From contig CAWAUM010000013.1 of the NCBI GenBank assembly GCA_963785235.1, positions 96,001-160,000 on the forward strand: a DNA stretch of 64,000 bases, given 5' to 3'. The translations under genes were made by a program, and so were the position numbers. Below are positions 52,723 to 63,292 of the stretch, in pieces; the first letter of the stretch is position 1, and each line of letters opens with the position of its first letter. A model generated the notes under the pieces. The model was not told the origin of the DNA, ran no database searches, and saw only the letters and a list, made by a program, of their open reading frames with translations. Source of the stretch: an uncultured delta proteobacterium. Lineage in GTDB: Bacteria; Desulfobacterota; Desulfomonilia; UBA1062.

Positions 52723-53500
52723 CTTTAAGGAACGGGTAAAGATCCCGTCCAAGAAAAAGACCATCTACCAGATCAATTCAGCGCTCAGGCTTGCCATATG
52801 GATATGCCTTTTCATATCAGGCCTCCTTATAAGCGTCTGCGCTGTAGCCTATATAAGCAATTCCGCGCTGTTCAACGTCAATCATATCGATATCAAGGGG
52901 AATGTTCATATAAAATCAGATGAGGTTCTAACTTTACTGGACATTGAACAAGGAGTTAATATACTGTCCTGGGATATGAATAAGGCGAGAAAGAGGTTAC
53001 AAAATCACCCGTGGATTAAAGATGTTAGCATATCCAGGGGCTTTGTGCCTGCATCGGTGGGCGTGTCAATTTGCGAGCATAAACCAAAGGCAACCCTGTT
53101 CCTGAAGGACAGGCCGTATCTGATATCTGAGGAAGGCTTGGCCTTTGCCTCCTCCCCTGATGTATACTATGGGCTCTTGATCAGTGCGCGCGATTATACG
53201 CAACAGGATATGAAACAGGGCCTGGATCAGGTCCTGAACAATGCCATTGAGGCTGCGGCGCTGGTAACGTCCAAGGGACTTCAGGTGAGCGATGTCCTCA
53301 TTGAACCGGGTGGCCTTGTGGATCTTAAACTGAAAAATGGGATAACGCTTACCATCTTCGGCCAAATTTCACCTGCAAAGGTGGATATGGCCATCAAGAC
53401 AATAGCAAAACTCAATCCTCCGGAAGGAACTGTTATGGATCTAAGGTGTGATGACAAGGTAGTACTCAGGAATAGGGGTGTGCATGGCAGCCAGGGATAA
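52712..53500 (+). CDS. ftsQ: FtsQ/DivIB
   Basis: TM segment plus POTRA domain (IKGN, HPWIK), C-terminal DLR; start uncertain. Confidence 0.88.
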   Translation: MVSDFKERVKIPSKKKTIYQINSALRLAIWICLFISGLLISVCAVAYISNSALFNVNHIDIKGNVHIKSDEVLTLLDIEQGVNILSWDMNKARKRLQNHPWIKDVSISRGFVPASVGVSICEHKPKATLFLKDRPYLISEEGLAFASSPDVYYGLLISARDYTQQDMKQGLDQVLNNAIEAAALVTSKGLQVSDVLIEPGGLVDLKLKNGITLTIFGQISPAKVDMAIKTIAKLNPPEGTVMDLRCDDKVVLRNRGVHGSQG

Positions 53501-54710
53501 GATAGTCGTCGGGCTTGATATCGGGACAACAAAGATCTGCTGTCTCATCACGGAAATGAACGAGGCAGGCGAGCTCGAGGTCATAGGGTTCGGAGTATCC
53601 GAATCAAAGGGGCTCAGGCGGGGTCTTGTGGTGAACATGGAACAGACCGTGGATGCCATCAGGCACTGTGTCGAGGATGCCGAACGTATGGCCGGGATCA
53701 GGGTCGACGAAGTCTATACCGGCATCGCAGGAGGCCATATCCAGGGCATCAGCACCAGCGCGGTCATAGCCATCAAGGGCGATGAGATCACCGAGGTGGA
53801 CAGACGCAGGGTCGTGGATCAGGCCAAGGACTTTGCCAAGCCCGTAGGTGTCGAGATCATCCATGTGCTCCCCCAGGAATTCACCGTGGATGACATATCC
53901 GGAATTTTAAACCCTGTGGGAATGGCAGGTTCCAGGCTTGAATCACGTGTGCACATCGTCACCGGAAGCGTGTCTGCGGTGAGCAACATCACCAAGTGCG
54001 CCCAGAAGGCAGGGCTCGGCCTGCAGGACATCGTGCTCCAGCAGATTGCCTCTGCCGCCGCCATCCTGACGCCGGATGAAATGCAGCTCGGGGTGATCCT
54101 CATGGATATCGGAGGGGGCACCACGGACATCGCGGTCTTCAATGAGGGCTCCATCCGGCACACGTCCGTTCTTGCCCTTGGCGGGGACAATATCACCAAT
54201 GATATCGCAGTAGGCCTGCGGGCGCCTATTGCAGAGGCGGAGCGGCTCAAGATCAAATACGGTCATGCCATCTCTGCACGGGTTTCTGCCGATGAACAGA
54301 TCGAGGTGCCCTCCATCGGAGGAGATACGGTGAATATGGTGCCCCGGAGAATTCTTTCCGAAATAATCGAATCCAGGGTAGAAGAACTTTTCAAACTCGC
54401 ATATAATGAAATCAGAACCACCGGGCTGTCGGAATCCATGTCGGCAGGGCTCGTGCTCACCGGAGGCGCAAGCGCCCTGGAAGGGGTTGCAGAGCTGGCC
54501 GAAAGCATCATGCATATGCCTGTGCGTGTAGGGCTTCCCAGGGGCGTGAAGGGCCTCGTTGAGCTTGTGAACAGCCCGGCATATGCAACAGCCGTGGGTT
54601 TGTGTGTGTATGAAACGGGAAAACCGTCGTATGGCTTCAAACCGAAGGGCACCAATGTCTTCGAGAGGATTATGGAGAGAATGATCAGCTGGTTCAAGGA
54701 AGTCTTTTAG
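53484..54710 (+). CDS. ftsA: FtsA
   Basis: GLDIGTTK, DIGGGTTD, VLTGG, YATAVGL. Confidence 0.97.
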   Translation: MAARDKIVVGLDIGTTKICCLITEMNEAGELEVIGFGVSESKGLRRGLVVNMEQTVDAIRHCVEDAERMAGIRVDEVYTGIAGGHIQGISTSAVIAIKGDEITEVDRRRVVDQAKDFAKPVGVEIIHVLPQEFTVDDISGILNPVGMAGSRLESRVHIVTGSVSAVSNITKCAQKAGLGLQDIVLQQIASAAAILTPDEMQLGVILMDIGGGTTDIAVFNEGSIRHTSVLALGGDNITNDIAVGLRAPIAEAERLKIKYGHAISARVSADEQIEVPSIGGDTVNMVPRRILSEIIESRVEELFKLAYNEIRTTGLSESMSAGLVLTGGASALEGVAELAESIMHMPVRVGLPRGVKGLVELVNSPAYATAVGLCVYETGKPSYGFKPKGTNVFERIMERMISWFKEVF

Positions 54711-54726
54711 ATGCAAGGGGGTGCTT

Positions 54727-55911
54727 ATGTTTGAATTGGAAAAGATGGAGAGCGTGGGGGCACAGATCAAGGTCATAGGCGTGGGTGGATGCGGTTGTAA
54801 TGCCGTGAACAACATGATCAACGCAAAATTGAAAGGTGTTGAGTTCCTCTCATGCAACACCGATATCCAGACCTTGAAATCCTCTTTGTCCTCGAACCGC
54901 ATTCAGATAGGAACCAAGCTTACCAGGGGCCTCGGTGCCGGCGGCAACCCCGATGCCGGTAGGAGTGCAGCCCTGGAGAGTGAAAAGGAAATCCGCACGG
55001 CTTTTGAGGACGCCGATATGGTGTTCATAACCGCAGGCATGGGCGGCGGGACAGGAACCGGGGCATCCCCGGTGGTGGCCCAGATCGCCAAGGAAATGGG
55101 TATACTCACCGTTGCCGTGGTCACCAAACCCTTTCCCTTTGAGGGCAAACGCAAGATGGTCCAGGCCGAGGCAGGAGAAAAAGAACTCACCGAGAATGTG
55201 GACGCCCTGATCGTGATCCCGAATAACCGCCTGCTGAGCATGGCAGGTAAGAACGTGCCCCTGCTCGATGCCTTCAAGATGGCCGACAACATCCTCATCA
55301 ATGCGGTCAAGGGCATATCCGATCTCATCAACAATACCGGCCTTGTGAACGTAGACTTCAACGACGTGAGGGCTGTCATGATTGAAAAAGGCAAGGCGCT
55401 TATGGGCATCGGTTATGGCTCCGGCGAAAATAGGGCCGCTGAGGCAGCCCAGTCCGCCATCTCGTCCCCCCTGCTGGAGGATATGGATATCCACGGTGCC
55501 AAAGGCCTGCTCATCAATATCACAAGCGGACCTTCCATCACCATGAACGAGATCCATGAGGCCTCTTCTCTGATCCAGGCCGCTGCACATGACGATGCCA
55601 ATATCATCTGGGGCGTGGTGATCGATGAGAACATGACCGATCAGATAGCCATCACCGTAGTGGCGACAGGGTTTGCCAATAAACCCATCGTACTGTCTTC
55701 AGGCGTGGATAAGGGCAAGGCATCCCAGCAGCAGAGAGATCCGCACAATGCCTCGGTCATCGACTATAACAAGCCTGCATTCATGAGAAGGAAGGAACAG
55801 AAGGAAGAGAAGGAGAAAGAGGTTATTAAGCTCGGTATGGTGGTGGACGAGAGCGTTCTCGACCAGGATCTTTATAACGTGCCTACATTCCTGCGCAAGA
55901 AGGCCGATTAA
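54727..55911 (+). CDS. ftsZ: FtsZ
   Basis: GMGGGTGTG, NVDFND, C-terminal VPTFLRKK. Confidence 0.98.
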   Translation: MFELEKMESVGAQIKVIGVGGCGCNAVNNMINAKLKGVEFLSCNTDIQTLKSSLSSNRIQIGTKLTRGLGAGGNPDAGRSAALESEKEIRTAFEDADMVFITAGMGGGTGTGASPVVAQIAKEMGILTVAVVTKPFPFEGKRKMVQAEAGEKELTENVDALIVIPNNRLLSMAGKNVPLLDAFKMADNILINAVKGISDLINNTGLVNVDFNDVRAVMIEKGKALMGIGYGSGENRAAEAAQSAISSPLLEDMDIHGAKGLLINITSGPSITMNEIHEASSLIQAAAHDDANIIWGVVIDENMTDQIAITVVATGFANKPIVLSSGVDKGKASQQQRDPHNASVIDYNKPAFMRRKEQKEEKEKEVIKLGMVVDESVLDQDLYNVPTFLRKKAD

Positions 55912-55919
55912 GGAGGCGC

Positions 55920-57038
55920 ATGCGGCCCACACTGGTTGAGATAGACCTCTCAGCCATCAATCATAACATAGAGCTTATCAAGGGCCGGACCAAAGGCCGT
56001 GTCATGATGGCCATCAAGGCTGATGCCTACGGACACGGCGCGGAGACTGTGGGCCGGTTCGTCCAGGAAAAGGCTCTCGTGGACATGCTGGGTGTGAGCT
56101 GTATCGAAGAGGGTATCCAGCTCCGGAAGGCGGGCGTAAGGCTCCCGATTCTCAATTTCGGCCTGATCACCCCCGCCCAGGATGACGTCGACGCAGTATT
56201 CTCACATGACCTGATACCTACCCTTGTGGACATGTCACCTGCAGAGGCACTCATCCAGGGGGCACGCAGGTGGAACCGCTCCATAGCCGTACACGTCAAG
56301 ACCGATACGGGCATGGGCAGGTTGGGATTACCGCCGGAGAAGACCCTTGCGGTCATAGAATATATCGCCTCATTGCGTGAGATTACCATATCCGGTCTCT
56401 ATACACACTTCCCTGTATCCGATGTTCCGGGAAGTGAGTTCACCGAGTCCCAGATCAGGCAGTTCATCGATTTTTCCAACAGGCTTGCCTCCTTGAATAT
56501 CAACGTGGGTCTGCGCCACTGTGCCAATTCAGGCGCCATAATCAACCACAGGGAATCTTTCATGGATATGGTAAGACCCGGGCTCTTATGCTATGGGCTC
56601 TACCCTTCTGAAAATATGCCGAAAGAACTCGATCTCCACCCTGCCATGACCCTGAAGACAGGCATCATGTTCATGAAGCGGGTAAAAAAGGGAGCCGGTC
56701 TTTCCTACGGGCTCACCTACAGACCCGAGCGTGATACAACTATCGCCACTATCCCCATCGGCTATGCGGACGGGTATGCAAGGGCACTGTCCAACATCGG
56801 GAAGGTCCTCATAGCAGGCAAACAGTATCCTGTCGTTGGCAGAATCTGCATGGACCAGACCCTTGTGGACCTTGGAGATGATACCTATCCCGTGGGCCAG
56901 GAGGTGATCCTGTTCGGCCCGGACACCATCACGGCCGCCACTGTTGCATCCTGGTGCGGCACCATCCCCTATGAGGTCACCTGCGATATGAGCAGGCGGG
57001 TCCCGCGGATGTACTCCAATACCCTGGATGCGGCATAG
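55920..57038 (+). CDS. alr: Alanine racemase
   Basis: KADAYGHG, DTGMGRLG, HCANS, GYADG, GRICMD. Confidence 0.96.
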   Translation: MRPTLVEIDLSAINHNIELIKGRTKGRVMMAIKADAYGHGAETVGRFVQEKALVDMLGVSCIEEGIQLRKAGVRLPILNFGLITPAQDDVDAVFSHDLIPTLVDMSPAEALIQGARRWNRSIAVHVKTDTGMGRLGLPPEKTLAVIEYIASLREITISGLYTHFPVSDVPGSEFTESQIRQFIDFSNRLASLNINVGLRHCANSGAIINHRESFMDMVRPGLLCYGLYPSENMPKELDLHPAMTLKTGIMFMKRVKKGAGLSYGLTYRPERDTTIATIPIGYADGYARALSNIGKVLIAGKQYPVVGRICMDQTLVDLGDDTYPVGQEVILFGPDTITAATVASWCGTIPYEVTCDMSRRVPRMYSNTLDAA

Positions 57039-57052
57039 TCCTCAAATATTCG

Positions 57053-58459
57053 ATGGAATCTTCTGAAAAGCTTTCATATTTCTTCAGTCCTGAAGGTATT
57101 GCCGTTTTCGGGAGCATGAAGGAAGAATGGTTCTTCGGCGCCGGCGTGGTGATAAAAGAACTAAAAGAGCTTGGATATGCAGGCGCTATCTATCCCATTC
57201 ATCCGACCTCCGCATCAGTTTATGGTCTGAAGGTCTACCCCGACATCTCTGGGATTGAGGGAAAGATTGACCTGGCAGTGATCGCCACCTCGTATCGCTC
57301 AGTGCCGGGGATTCTGGAGTCCTGCGGCAGAAAGGGAGTAAAGGCGGCAGTAGTAATATCCGACGGTTTTGCCGAAAACGGTGAGGAAGGTCGGGTCCGA
57401 CAGGCCGCCATTGTTTCGATTGCACAAGGAAAAGGCATCCGGATTATCGGACCCAACACGCTCGGCATCTACAAACCACACGGGGGCATCAGCACCATTC
57501 CCTATGAGAAAGGCTACCATCTCCCTCCAAAAGGCGGCCTGTCAATTATCACCCAGACCGGCATGTATGGGCCGCAGGCAACAGCGATGAATGAATATTC
57601 CTTCGGGACCAATACCATCATCGACCTCGGTAACATGTGCGATATTGACGAGGTAGACTGCCTCGAATATCTCGGGCATGACCATGACACAACGTTGATC
57701 GGAATCTACATGGAGCATTCGAAGCGGCCGAAGGCCCTTCTCGAAACAGCCCGGAGGATCTCCAGGAGTAAGCCCATTCTCGCCCTTAAGGGGGGAAGGA
57801 GCAACGAATCAGCCAAGGCCATGGCCTCCCATACCGGGAGCATCTCAGGAAAGGACAGTCTCTATGACGCCCTTTTCAGACAGGCAGGTATCATCAGGGT
57901 AGATGATTACGAAGACCTGCTGGAGGGCGCCAAGGTTTTTCTCTCACAGCCTCTCCCAAAGGGGAACCGCCTGGGCATTATCAGCCTTACCGGCGCTATC
58001 GGTATCCAGTGCATTGATATAGGGGCACAGTATGGACTTGTACCCGGCGCTCTGAGCCAGCATAGCAGGGAAACACTTCTGTCCATAAGCCATACCCTTG
58101 CCAATCACCCCATTGACCTCGGTCCGGCCACTGCTGCCAATGGAATCGATATATTGACCTATTACACACGATGTTTCGATGTTCTCATGGAAGACGAGAA
58201 TATTGACTGCATTTACCTGAACACCTACATCAGCAGTTATCTGATGCCGGATTTCTATGTGAATGTGCTTGAGTACATGGGCCACAACCTCAGAAAACCT
58301 GTTGTTGCATGGTCCTACGGGCCATCTTCAGAAGCGGTTCGCAAGCTTGGCAGCCTCATCGAGCGTTACGGCATACCCTTCTACCCAACCACACGCAAGG
58401 CGATACAGGCACTGGGGTATATGGTGAGATATGCCAAGTGGAAAAAAGAAGTGGTTTGA
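57053..58459 (+). CDS. Acyl-CoA synthetase (NDP-forming) alpha/CoA-binding subunit
   Basis: DGFAE, IIGPNTLG, LGNMCD, ASHTGS phospho-His motif; no ATP-grasp domain. Confidence 0.85.
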   Translation: MESSEKLSYFFSPEGIAVFGSMKEEWFFGAGVVIKELKELGYAGAIYPIHPTSASVYGLKVYPDISGIEGKIDLAVIATSYRSVPGILESCGRKGVKAAVVISDGFAENGEEGRVRQAAIVSIAQGKGIRIIGPNTLGIYKPHGGISTIPYEKGYHLPPKGGLSIITQTGMYGPQATAMNEYSFGTNTIIDLGNMCDIDEVDCLEYLGHDHDTTLIGIYMEHSKRPKALLETARRISRSKPILALKGGRSNESAKAMASHTGSISGKDSLYDALFRQAGIIRVDDYEDLLEGAKVFLSQPLPKGNRLGIISLTGAIGIQCIDIGAQYGLVPGALSQHSRETLLSISHTLANHPIDLGPATAANGIDILTYYTRCFDVLMEDENIDCIYLNTYISSYLMPDFYVNVLEYMGHNLRKPVVAWSYGPSSEAVRKLGSLIERYGIPFYPTTRKAIQALGYMVRYAKWKKEVV

Positions 58460-58462
58460 AGG

Positions 58463-58494
58463 AAAAAAAAGGGATGGGCATTTGCCCATCCCTT
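58463..58494 (-). terminator. Intrinsic terminator
   Basis: A8-GGGATGGGCA-tt-TGCCCATCCC between convergent genes. Confidence 0.85.
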
Positions 58495-58521
58495 GACCAT
58501 GTGGGGTTAGCCACAGGCATC

Positions 58522-61335
58522 CTATTTTCTGATGAAGGTACTGGTTTTGCTCTTAATGATCTGGCCGCCGGTAGTTGTTCCCTGCACATACCAGGTCACG
58601 ATGGTACCTTTGGGGATGAACCACTGCCATAGGACTGAATGAAGGGTTGTGGAGGTATTGCTGCCCGAATAAACCTTGCTGTATTTTTTCCCACCGTCGA
58701 TGGAGATATACGCTATATAGCTCTTAAACCCATTACCTGCCCAGGTGAGTGTCGGGCTTGTGGAGCAAACCGTACCATTGGCAGGGGATACAAGTGTGAC
58801 ATCAGTAGTACTACTCTGGACCGTTACGGTCACTGCAGAGGAACTGCTGGTATCTTTTCCGTCATACACCTTCAGAGAGAACACGTACACGCCTGCCTGG
58901 TCTGCCACAAAGGACGGTCGTGCTGTGTTGGAGCTGCTGAGCGACACCTGGGTGCCGCTGGTCTGGGACCATATGTACGATACGGAGGTTCCATCAGGGT
59001 CGTAACTTGCACTGCCATTCAGGGTGATTGTCTGGCCGACTGTGGCAACGATGTTGCTGCCTGCATTGGCAATGGGAACCTGGTTGGCGTTGTCCACGGT
59101 CACAATAACGTTATCTGTCGATGATGCCTGTCCATCAGACACAGCCACCTTGAATTCAAAGACTCCGGAAGTGGTCGGTGTAAAGAAAGCCTGCATGGAG
59201 GTATTATTGTGAATCACCATGGAGGCCCCGGAAACCTGGGTCCAGGTGAAGGTAATCCCATCATTGTCAGGGTCATAAGAGTTGGCTGCCTCGAGCACTA
59301 CATCGTCACCCACGAAGGCGTGTATATCCTGGCCTGCATTGGCAACAGGCGAGGTATTCTGGGAAACGATCGTTATGGTTACGCTGCTGGGGGTTGAACT
59401 CACCGTGCCGTCATTGACCGTGAGATTGAACACATATGTCCCCACCGTACCGGCAACGAACGAAGGCTGAACGGTGTTGGCACCGGTCAATGTCACTGTC
59501 GGGCCTGATGCCTTGACCCAGGAGTAGGTCAAGCTGTCATTATCAGGATCAGTAGAGGCGCTCCCATTCAAGGTCACGGTGCTGCCCAGCGTCAATTCCC
59601 GGTTCTGACCTGCATTGGCGGTAGGTGCATGGTTGACGGCATTGACCGTGATGATGACCTGGGATGCCGTGCTGGTATTGACTCCATCCGAGCACTGTAC
59701 TGAGAATGTATATTGGCCGGCAATCGTCGGGGTAAAGGTGATGTCCTGCTGGGCCATGTTCGGCAGAGTAACACTCTGGGACGACACCTTGGTCCACTGG
59801 TAGGTAAGGTTGTCTACATTCGGATCCTGCCCTGTTGCATGGAGCGTGATCTGGGTGCCGGCATTGATAGTCACGTTGCTGCCTGCATTTACACTCGGTG
59901 CTATATTGAAGATTGTCACGTTTACCGTGTCCGAGGTTGAACCTGTTGAGTTCGTGCAGGTCAGTCTGAACTGATACGTACCTGCCTTGATCCCCATAAA
60001 GCTTGCGGTGCTTGCTGTGGGTGTTTCGATGGTAACCGTGGTACCGCTTACCTGGGTCCAGCTGTACGAGAGGCCCTGGCCGCTCGAAGCAGACCCGTCA
60101 AGAATAACCCTCTGAGGTGCGACATTCTGATCGGTTCCTGCATTGGCAACAGGAGCTGCATTGATATAATTGATGGTATCACTGGCTGAAGATGTCATCC
60201 AGTTGCCTGAATTGTCCTTGAATCGAACATATACCGTTTTGGTGCCTACACCGCTGGAAAGCGCCCATGAGTAACTGGTGGCATAAGTATATTCACTGGA
60301 GAATGTCGTCCCGTCATTGCTGAATTTCATCCCTGTTACCGTGCCGGCCGCATCGCTGGCGCTCAAGGTAAGTGTTACTGCGGTAGAGGTGGTTGAGGCG
60401 GCCCCGGAGTTGATACTTACACTCCCCGTGGGAGGCGTGGTGTCCGCCGGAGCAACGAGCTGGATCGTGTCTGTGGATGAAGATGTCATCCAGTTCCCTG
60501 AGTTGTCTTTGAATCGAACATATACCGTCTTGGTGCCCTCACCGCTTGAAAGCGCCCATGAGTAGCTGGTGGCATATGCAACTTCACTGGAGAATGTCGT
60601 CCCGTCGTTGCTGAATCTCATCCCGGTTACCGTGCCGGCTGCATCGCTAGCGCTCAAGGTAAGGGTCACTGCAGTGGAGGTGGTAGACGCAGCGGCGGAA
60701 TTAATAGAAACACTCCCTGTTGGAGGCGTTGTGTCCGCCGGGGCAACGAGCTGGATCGTGTCAGTGGCTGATGATGTCATCCAGTTCCCTGAATTATCCT
60801 TGAACCGAACATATACCGTCTTGGTGCCAACACCGCTGGAAAGTGCCCATGAGTAACTTGTGGCATATGCAACTTCACTGGAGAATGTCGTCCCGTCGTT
60901 GCTGAATCTCATCCCGGTTACCGTGCCGGCTGCATCGCTGGCGCTCAAGGTAAGCGTCACAGCGGTTGAGGTGGTGGACGCGGCGCCGGTATTGATATTT
61001 ACACTCCCTGTGGGAGGCGTGGTGTCCGCTGCAGGGATAGATGCGCTCCTTTCTGCGGATTTAACAGATTCATTATTGGAAGAATCGTAGGCGGACACAG
61101 ATACATAATAGGTACTCCCAGCCTGCACATTTGGAATATCATAGCTTGTGGCTCCCACAACAGGGACAGGAGTACCATAAGTATTTGATTGTGTGCCGTA
61201 GTATACCTTGTAGCCGGAGAGGTCTGAGTCTGCATTAGCATTCCAGGTAACATGTAATGAAGCGGCAATACCTGCACCTTGGAGTAGTGCCAGAAATGCT
61301 ACGATCAGAACCAGGCTGTTTCGAATATGTCTCAT
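58522..61335 (-). CDS. Secreted Ser/Thr-rich FN3 + Ig-like + PKD/REJ repeat surface protein
   Basis: Signal peptide; FN3 (DLSGYKVYYG); three ~97-aa DTTPPTGS repeats; five ANAG.D..LDGS.S.DPD..Y.W PKD-like units; GGAGG SD. Confidence 0.88.
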   Translation of the reverse strand: MRHIRNSLVLIVAFLALLQGAGIAASLHVTWNANADSDLSGYKVYYGTQSNTYGTPVPVVGATSYDIPNVQAGSTYYVSVSAYDSSNNESVKSAERSASIPAADTTPPTGSVNINTGAASTTSTAVTLTLSASDAAGTVTGMRFSNDGTTFSSEVAYATSYSWALSSGVGTKTVYVRFKDNSGNWMTSSATDTIQLVAPADTTPPTGSVSINSAAASTTSTAVTLTLSASDAAGTVTGMRFSNDGTTFSSEVAYATSYSWALSSGEGTKTVYVRFKDNSGNWMTSSSTDTIQLVAPADTTPPTGSVSINSGAASTTSTAVTLTLSASDAAGTVTGMKFSNDGTTFSSEYTYATSYSWALSSGVGTKTVYVRFKDNSGNWMTSSASDTINYINAAPVANAGTDQNVAPQRVILDGSASSGQGLSYSWTQVSGTTVTIETPTASTASFMGIKAGTYQFRLTCTNSTGSTSDTVNVTIFNIAPSVNAGSNVTINAGTQITLHATGQDPNVDNLTYQWTKVSSQSVTLPNMAQQDITFTPTIAGQYTFSVQCSDGVNTSTASQVIITVNAVNHAPTANAGQNRELTLGSTVTLNGSASTDPDNDSLTYSWVKASGPTVTLTGANTVQPSFVAGTVGTYVFNLTVNDGTVSSTPSSVTITIVSQNTSPVANAGQDIHAFVGDDVVLEAANSYDPDNDGITFTWTQVSGASMVIHNNTSMQAFFTPTTSGVFEFKVAVSDGQASSTDNVIVTVDNANQVPIANAGSNIVATVGQTITLNGSASYDPDGTSVSYIWSQTSGTQVSLSSSNTARPSFVADQAGVYVFSLKVYDGKDTSSSSAVTVTVQSSTTDVTLVSPANGTVCSTSPTLTWAGNGFKSYIAYISIDGGKKYSKVYSGSNTSTTLHSVLWQWFIPKGTIVTWYVQGTTTGGQIIKSKTSTFIRK
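60165..61030 (-). repeat. Three tandem 291-bp coding repeats
   Basis: Near-identical ADTTPPTGSV...WMTSS.TDTI units with a 291-bp period. Confidence 0.92.
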
Positions 61336-61374
61336 AGGTGCTACCTCCAGTAGTTCCATTGCTGGGACTAGAGA

Positions 61375-61390
61375 GGCAATATGCAGACCA
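61375..61390 (-). promoter_or_regulatory. sigma54 -24/-12 promoter candidate
   Basis: TGGTCTGCATATTGCC (GG-N10-GC), about 40 bp before the ATG. Confidence 0.55.
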
Positions 61391-61714
61391 AGTCATATTG
61401 TGTTGTCTAATCAGTTAGTTGCGGTAATTAGGGTTTATTTTCGATATACACAATCGTACAGACAAATACTCTTTTGTAACAAGCTACCCTGTAATTTGGG
61501 CAGCCTTTCAAAGGGCTTTAAGTATTTAACAACCCTGTTGCTGCTGACAAAATAACTTCAAGGTTCCTTAATGATAACAAAGCAGTAAAGGCCAGGAATA
61601 TATCCGGGAATAGGATTTCAGGGACAAGTCCAGCCGCACGACCTATCATGAAACAAGAATACCCGAGGTGGTGATTACAATCATGACATCTCACATGACA
61701 GAGATGACAGGACA

Positions 61715-61877
61715 CCTTCTGAAGGTTCACCTGTCCTGTGGGTTCAAGCAGGACGAATGTGTTAAGGCCGTGCTCAATCCGGGAGTCCATGGCTTTGCCC
61801 AGAAGCCCTATGACCTTGATACTCTCTCCAGATCCATCTTTGCCGTCATCAATATGGGACAGGAAAGAAGTCCTTGA
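61715..61877 (+). pseudogene. Remnant of a response-regulator receiver domain (C-terminal half)
   Basis: LKVHLSCGFKQDECVKAVLNPGVHGFAQKPYDLDTLSRSIFAVI resembles the receiver beta4-alpha5 region (LSSGY...GFIQKPY); no acidic pocket or phospho-Asp half. Confidence 0.55.
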
Positions 61878-61908
61878 AAAGGAACCCCCAAGGGCATATT
61901 GGAGTCCT

Positions 61909-63228
61909 ATGATACAAAGGAAGCGACTACTCCTGGCGTTGTTGGTTTTCATCCTTGCCCCTGTGAGCATGGCGTTTCCACTTACCTATGGGGATGAACG
62001 GCAAATAGCCGACGAATTCACCAACCTGCTTGAGGCAAACAACCTCATCATCCATGATTCCGAGATCGCCTGGCCTGCCCAGATGCTTGCAGACCGTCTG
62101 GCCGACCATATAAAGGAACCGGTTTACAATTTCAAGATTCATGTCGTGAAAGACCTGTCCGTGAACGCATTCACAATCCCGGACGGGCATATATTCATAA
62201 ACCTTGGCATCCTTCTCTTTGCACAGGATCTTGATGAGATATCGGCTGTCATCGGTCACGAGATGGGTCACAGCCAGTTGCGGCATATACCGGAGAATTA
62301 TGACACCCAAAAATCCTTATCCGTTGCCACAATCTTAGGGGTGCTTGCAGGCAGCCTGCTCTCTTCAAAGAACCCTGAGGCCGGCGCTGCCATGATATTC
62401 TCTTCCATAGGCGGGTCCGAGAACGTCAGGCTCGCATATTCCAGGAAGAACGAATATGAGTCGGACAATTACGGCAAGGTTATTCTTCAAGCGTCCGGCA
62501 TTGATCCATCAGCCATGTCAAGGTTTCTCATCAGGCTCAATACCTTTTCAGGCACATCCGGCATGCCGGAATACCTTCTTACCCACCCCTTCACGGAAAA
62601 CCGGATTGCAAACATGAGGGATGACCCGGGCAAGCCTAAACCGGACGGCAACTTCTGGACACTGTATGCAACCGTGATCGGCCTTGTCATGCCTGTAAGC
62701 GAGACCACAACACGGACCGCCCAGGTGCCGGAACCCTATAAATCCCTTGCAATAGGCATTGCGAAGACCCGGGCAGGCAACCACTCACAAGCCCTGGCCC
62801 TTCTGGAGAAGATCGACCTGCCCATCGCCAAGGCTTACAGGGGACTCACGCTCTATGAAATGGGCAAGAAGAACGAGGCCTATCCCTTTCTGAAGGATTA
62901 TGCCCGTTCGGCCCGCACCAAGATCGCCCTGGCTGAGATACTCCAGGAACGAGGGGACCTTAATGAGGCCATCACGGTCCTCATACCTTTCCAGTCGCAG
63001 AGCATACGGGTGGATTACACCCTGGGCATCCTTTATGAGAAGGTGAAAAAGCCTGAGCTATCACACGTATCTTACGCCAGATATTTCTTCAGGATGAACA
63101 ACTTTACTGCGAGCCTCTATCACATCGATGAGGCGCTCAAGTCCAAGGACAGCCTTTCAAAAGAAACCCTTGCCGAGCTTAAGGTAATGAAGGATATGAT
63201 CAAGACACAAAAGCAAAATATGAATTAA
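61909..63228 (+). CDS. M48 metalloprotease with TPR repeats (BepA/YfgC-like)
   Basis: Signal peptide; NAFTIPDG; HEMGH; YSRKNEYESD; LLTHP; TPR C-terminus; GGAG SD. Confidence 0.9.
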   Translation: MIQRKRLLLALLVFILAPVSMAFPLTYGDERQIADEFTNLLEANNLIIHDSEIAWPAQMLADRLADHIKEPVYNFKIHVVKDLSVNAFTIPDGHIFINLGILLFAQDLDEISAVIGHEMGHSQLRHIPENYDTQKSLSVATILGVLAGSLLSSKNPEAGAAMIFSSIGGSENVRLAYSRKNEYESDNYGKVILQASGIDPSAMSRFLIRLNTFSGTSGMPEYLLTHPFTENRIANMRDDPGKPKPDGNFWTLYATVIGLVMPVSETTTRTAQVPEPYKSLAIGIAKTRAGNHSQALALLEKIDLPIAKAYRGLTLYEMGKKNEAYPFLKDYARSARTKIALAEILQERGDLNEAITVLIPFQSQSIRVDYTLGILYEKVKKPELSHVSYARYFFRMNNFTASLYHIDEALKSKDSLSKETLAELKVMKDMIKTQKQNMN

Positions 63229-63292
63229 AGGGATTTTGCGTCCGAGAAGAGTAAAAACCTTTTTCCGTTCAAAACCAAGGGGCTTGTAACAC

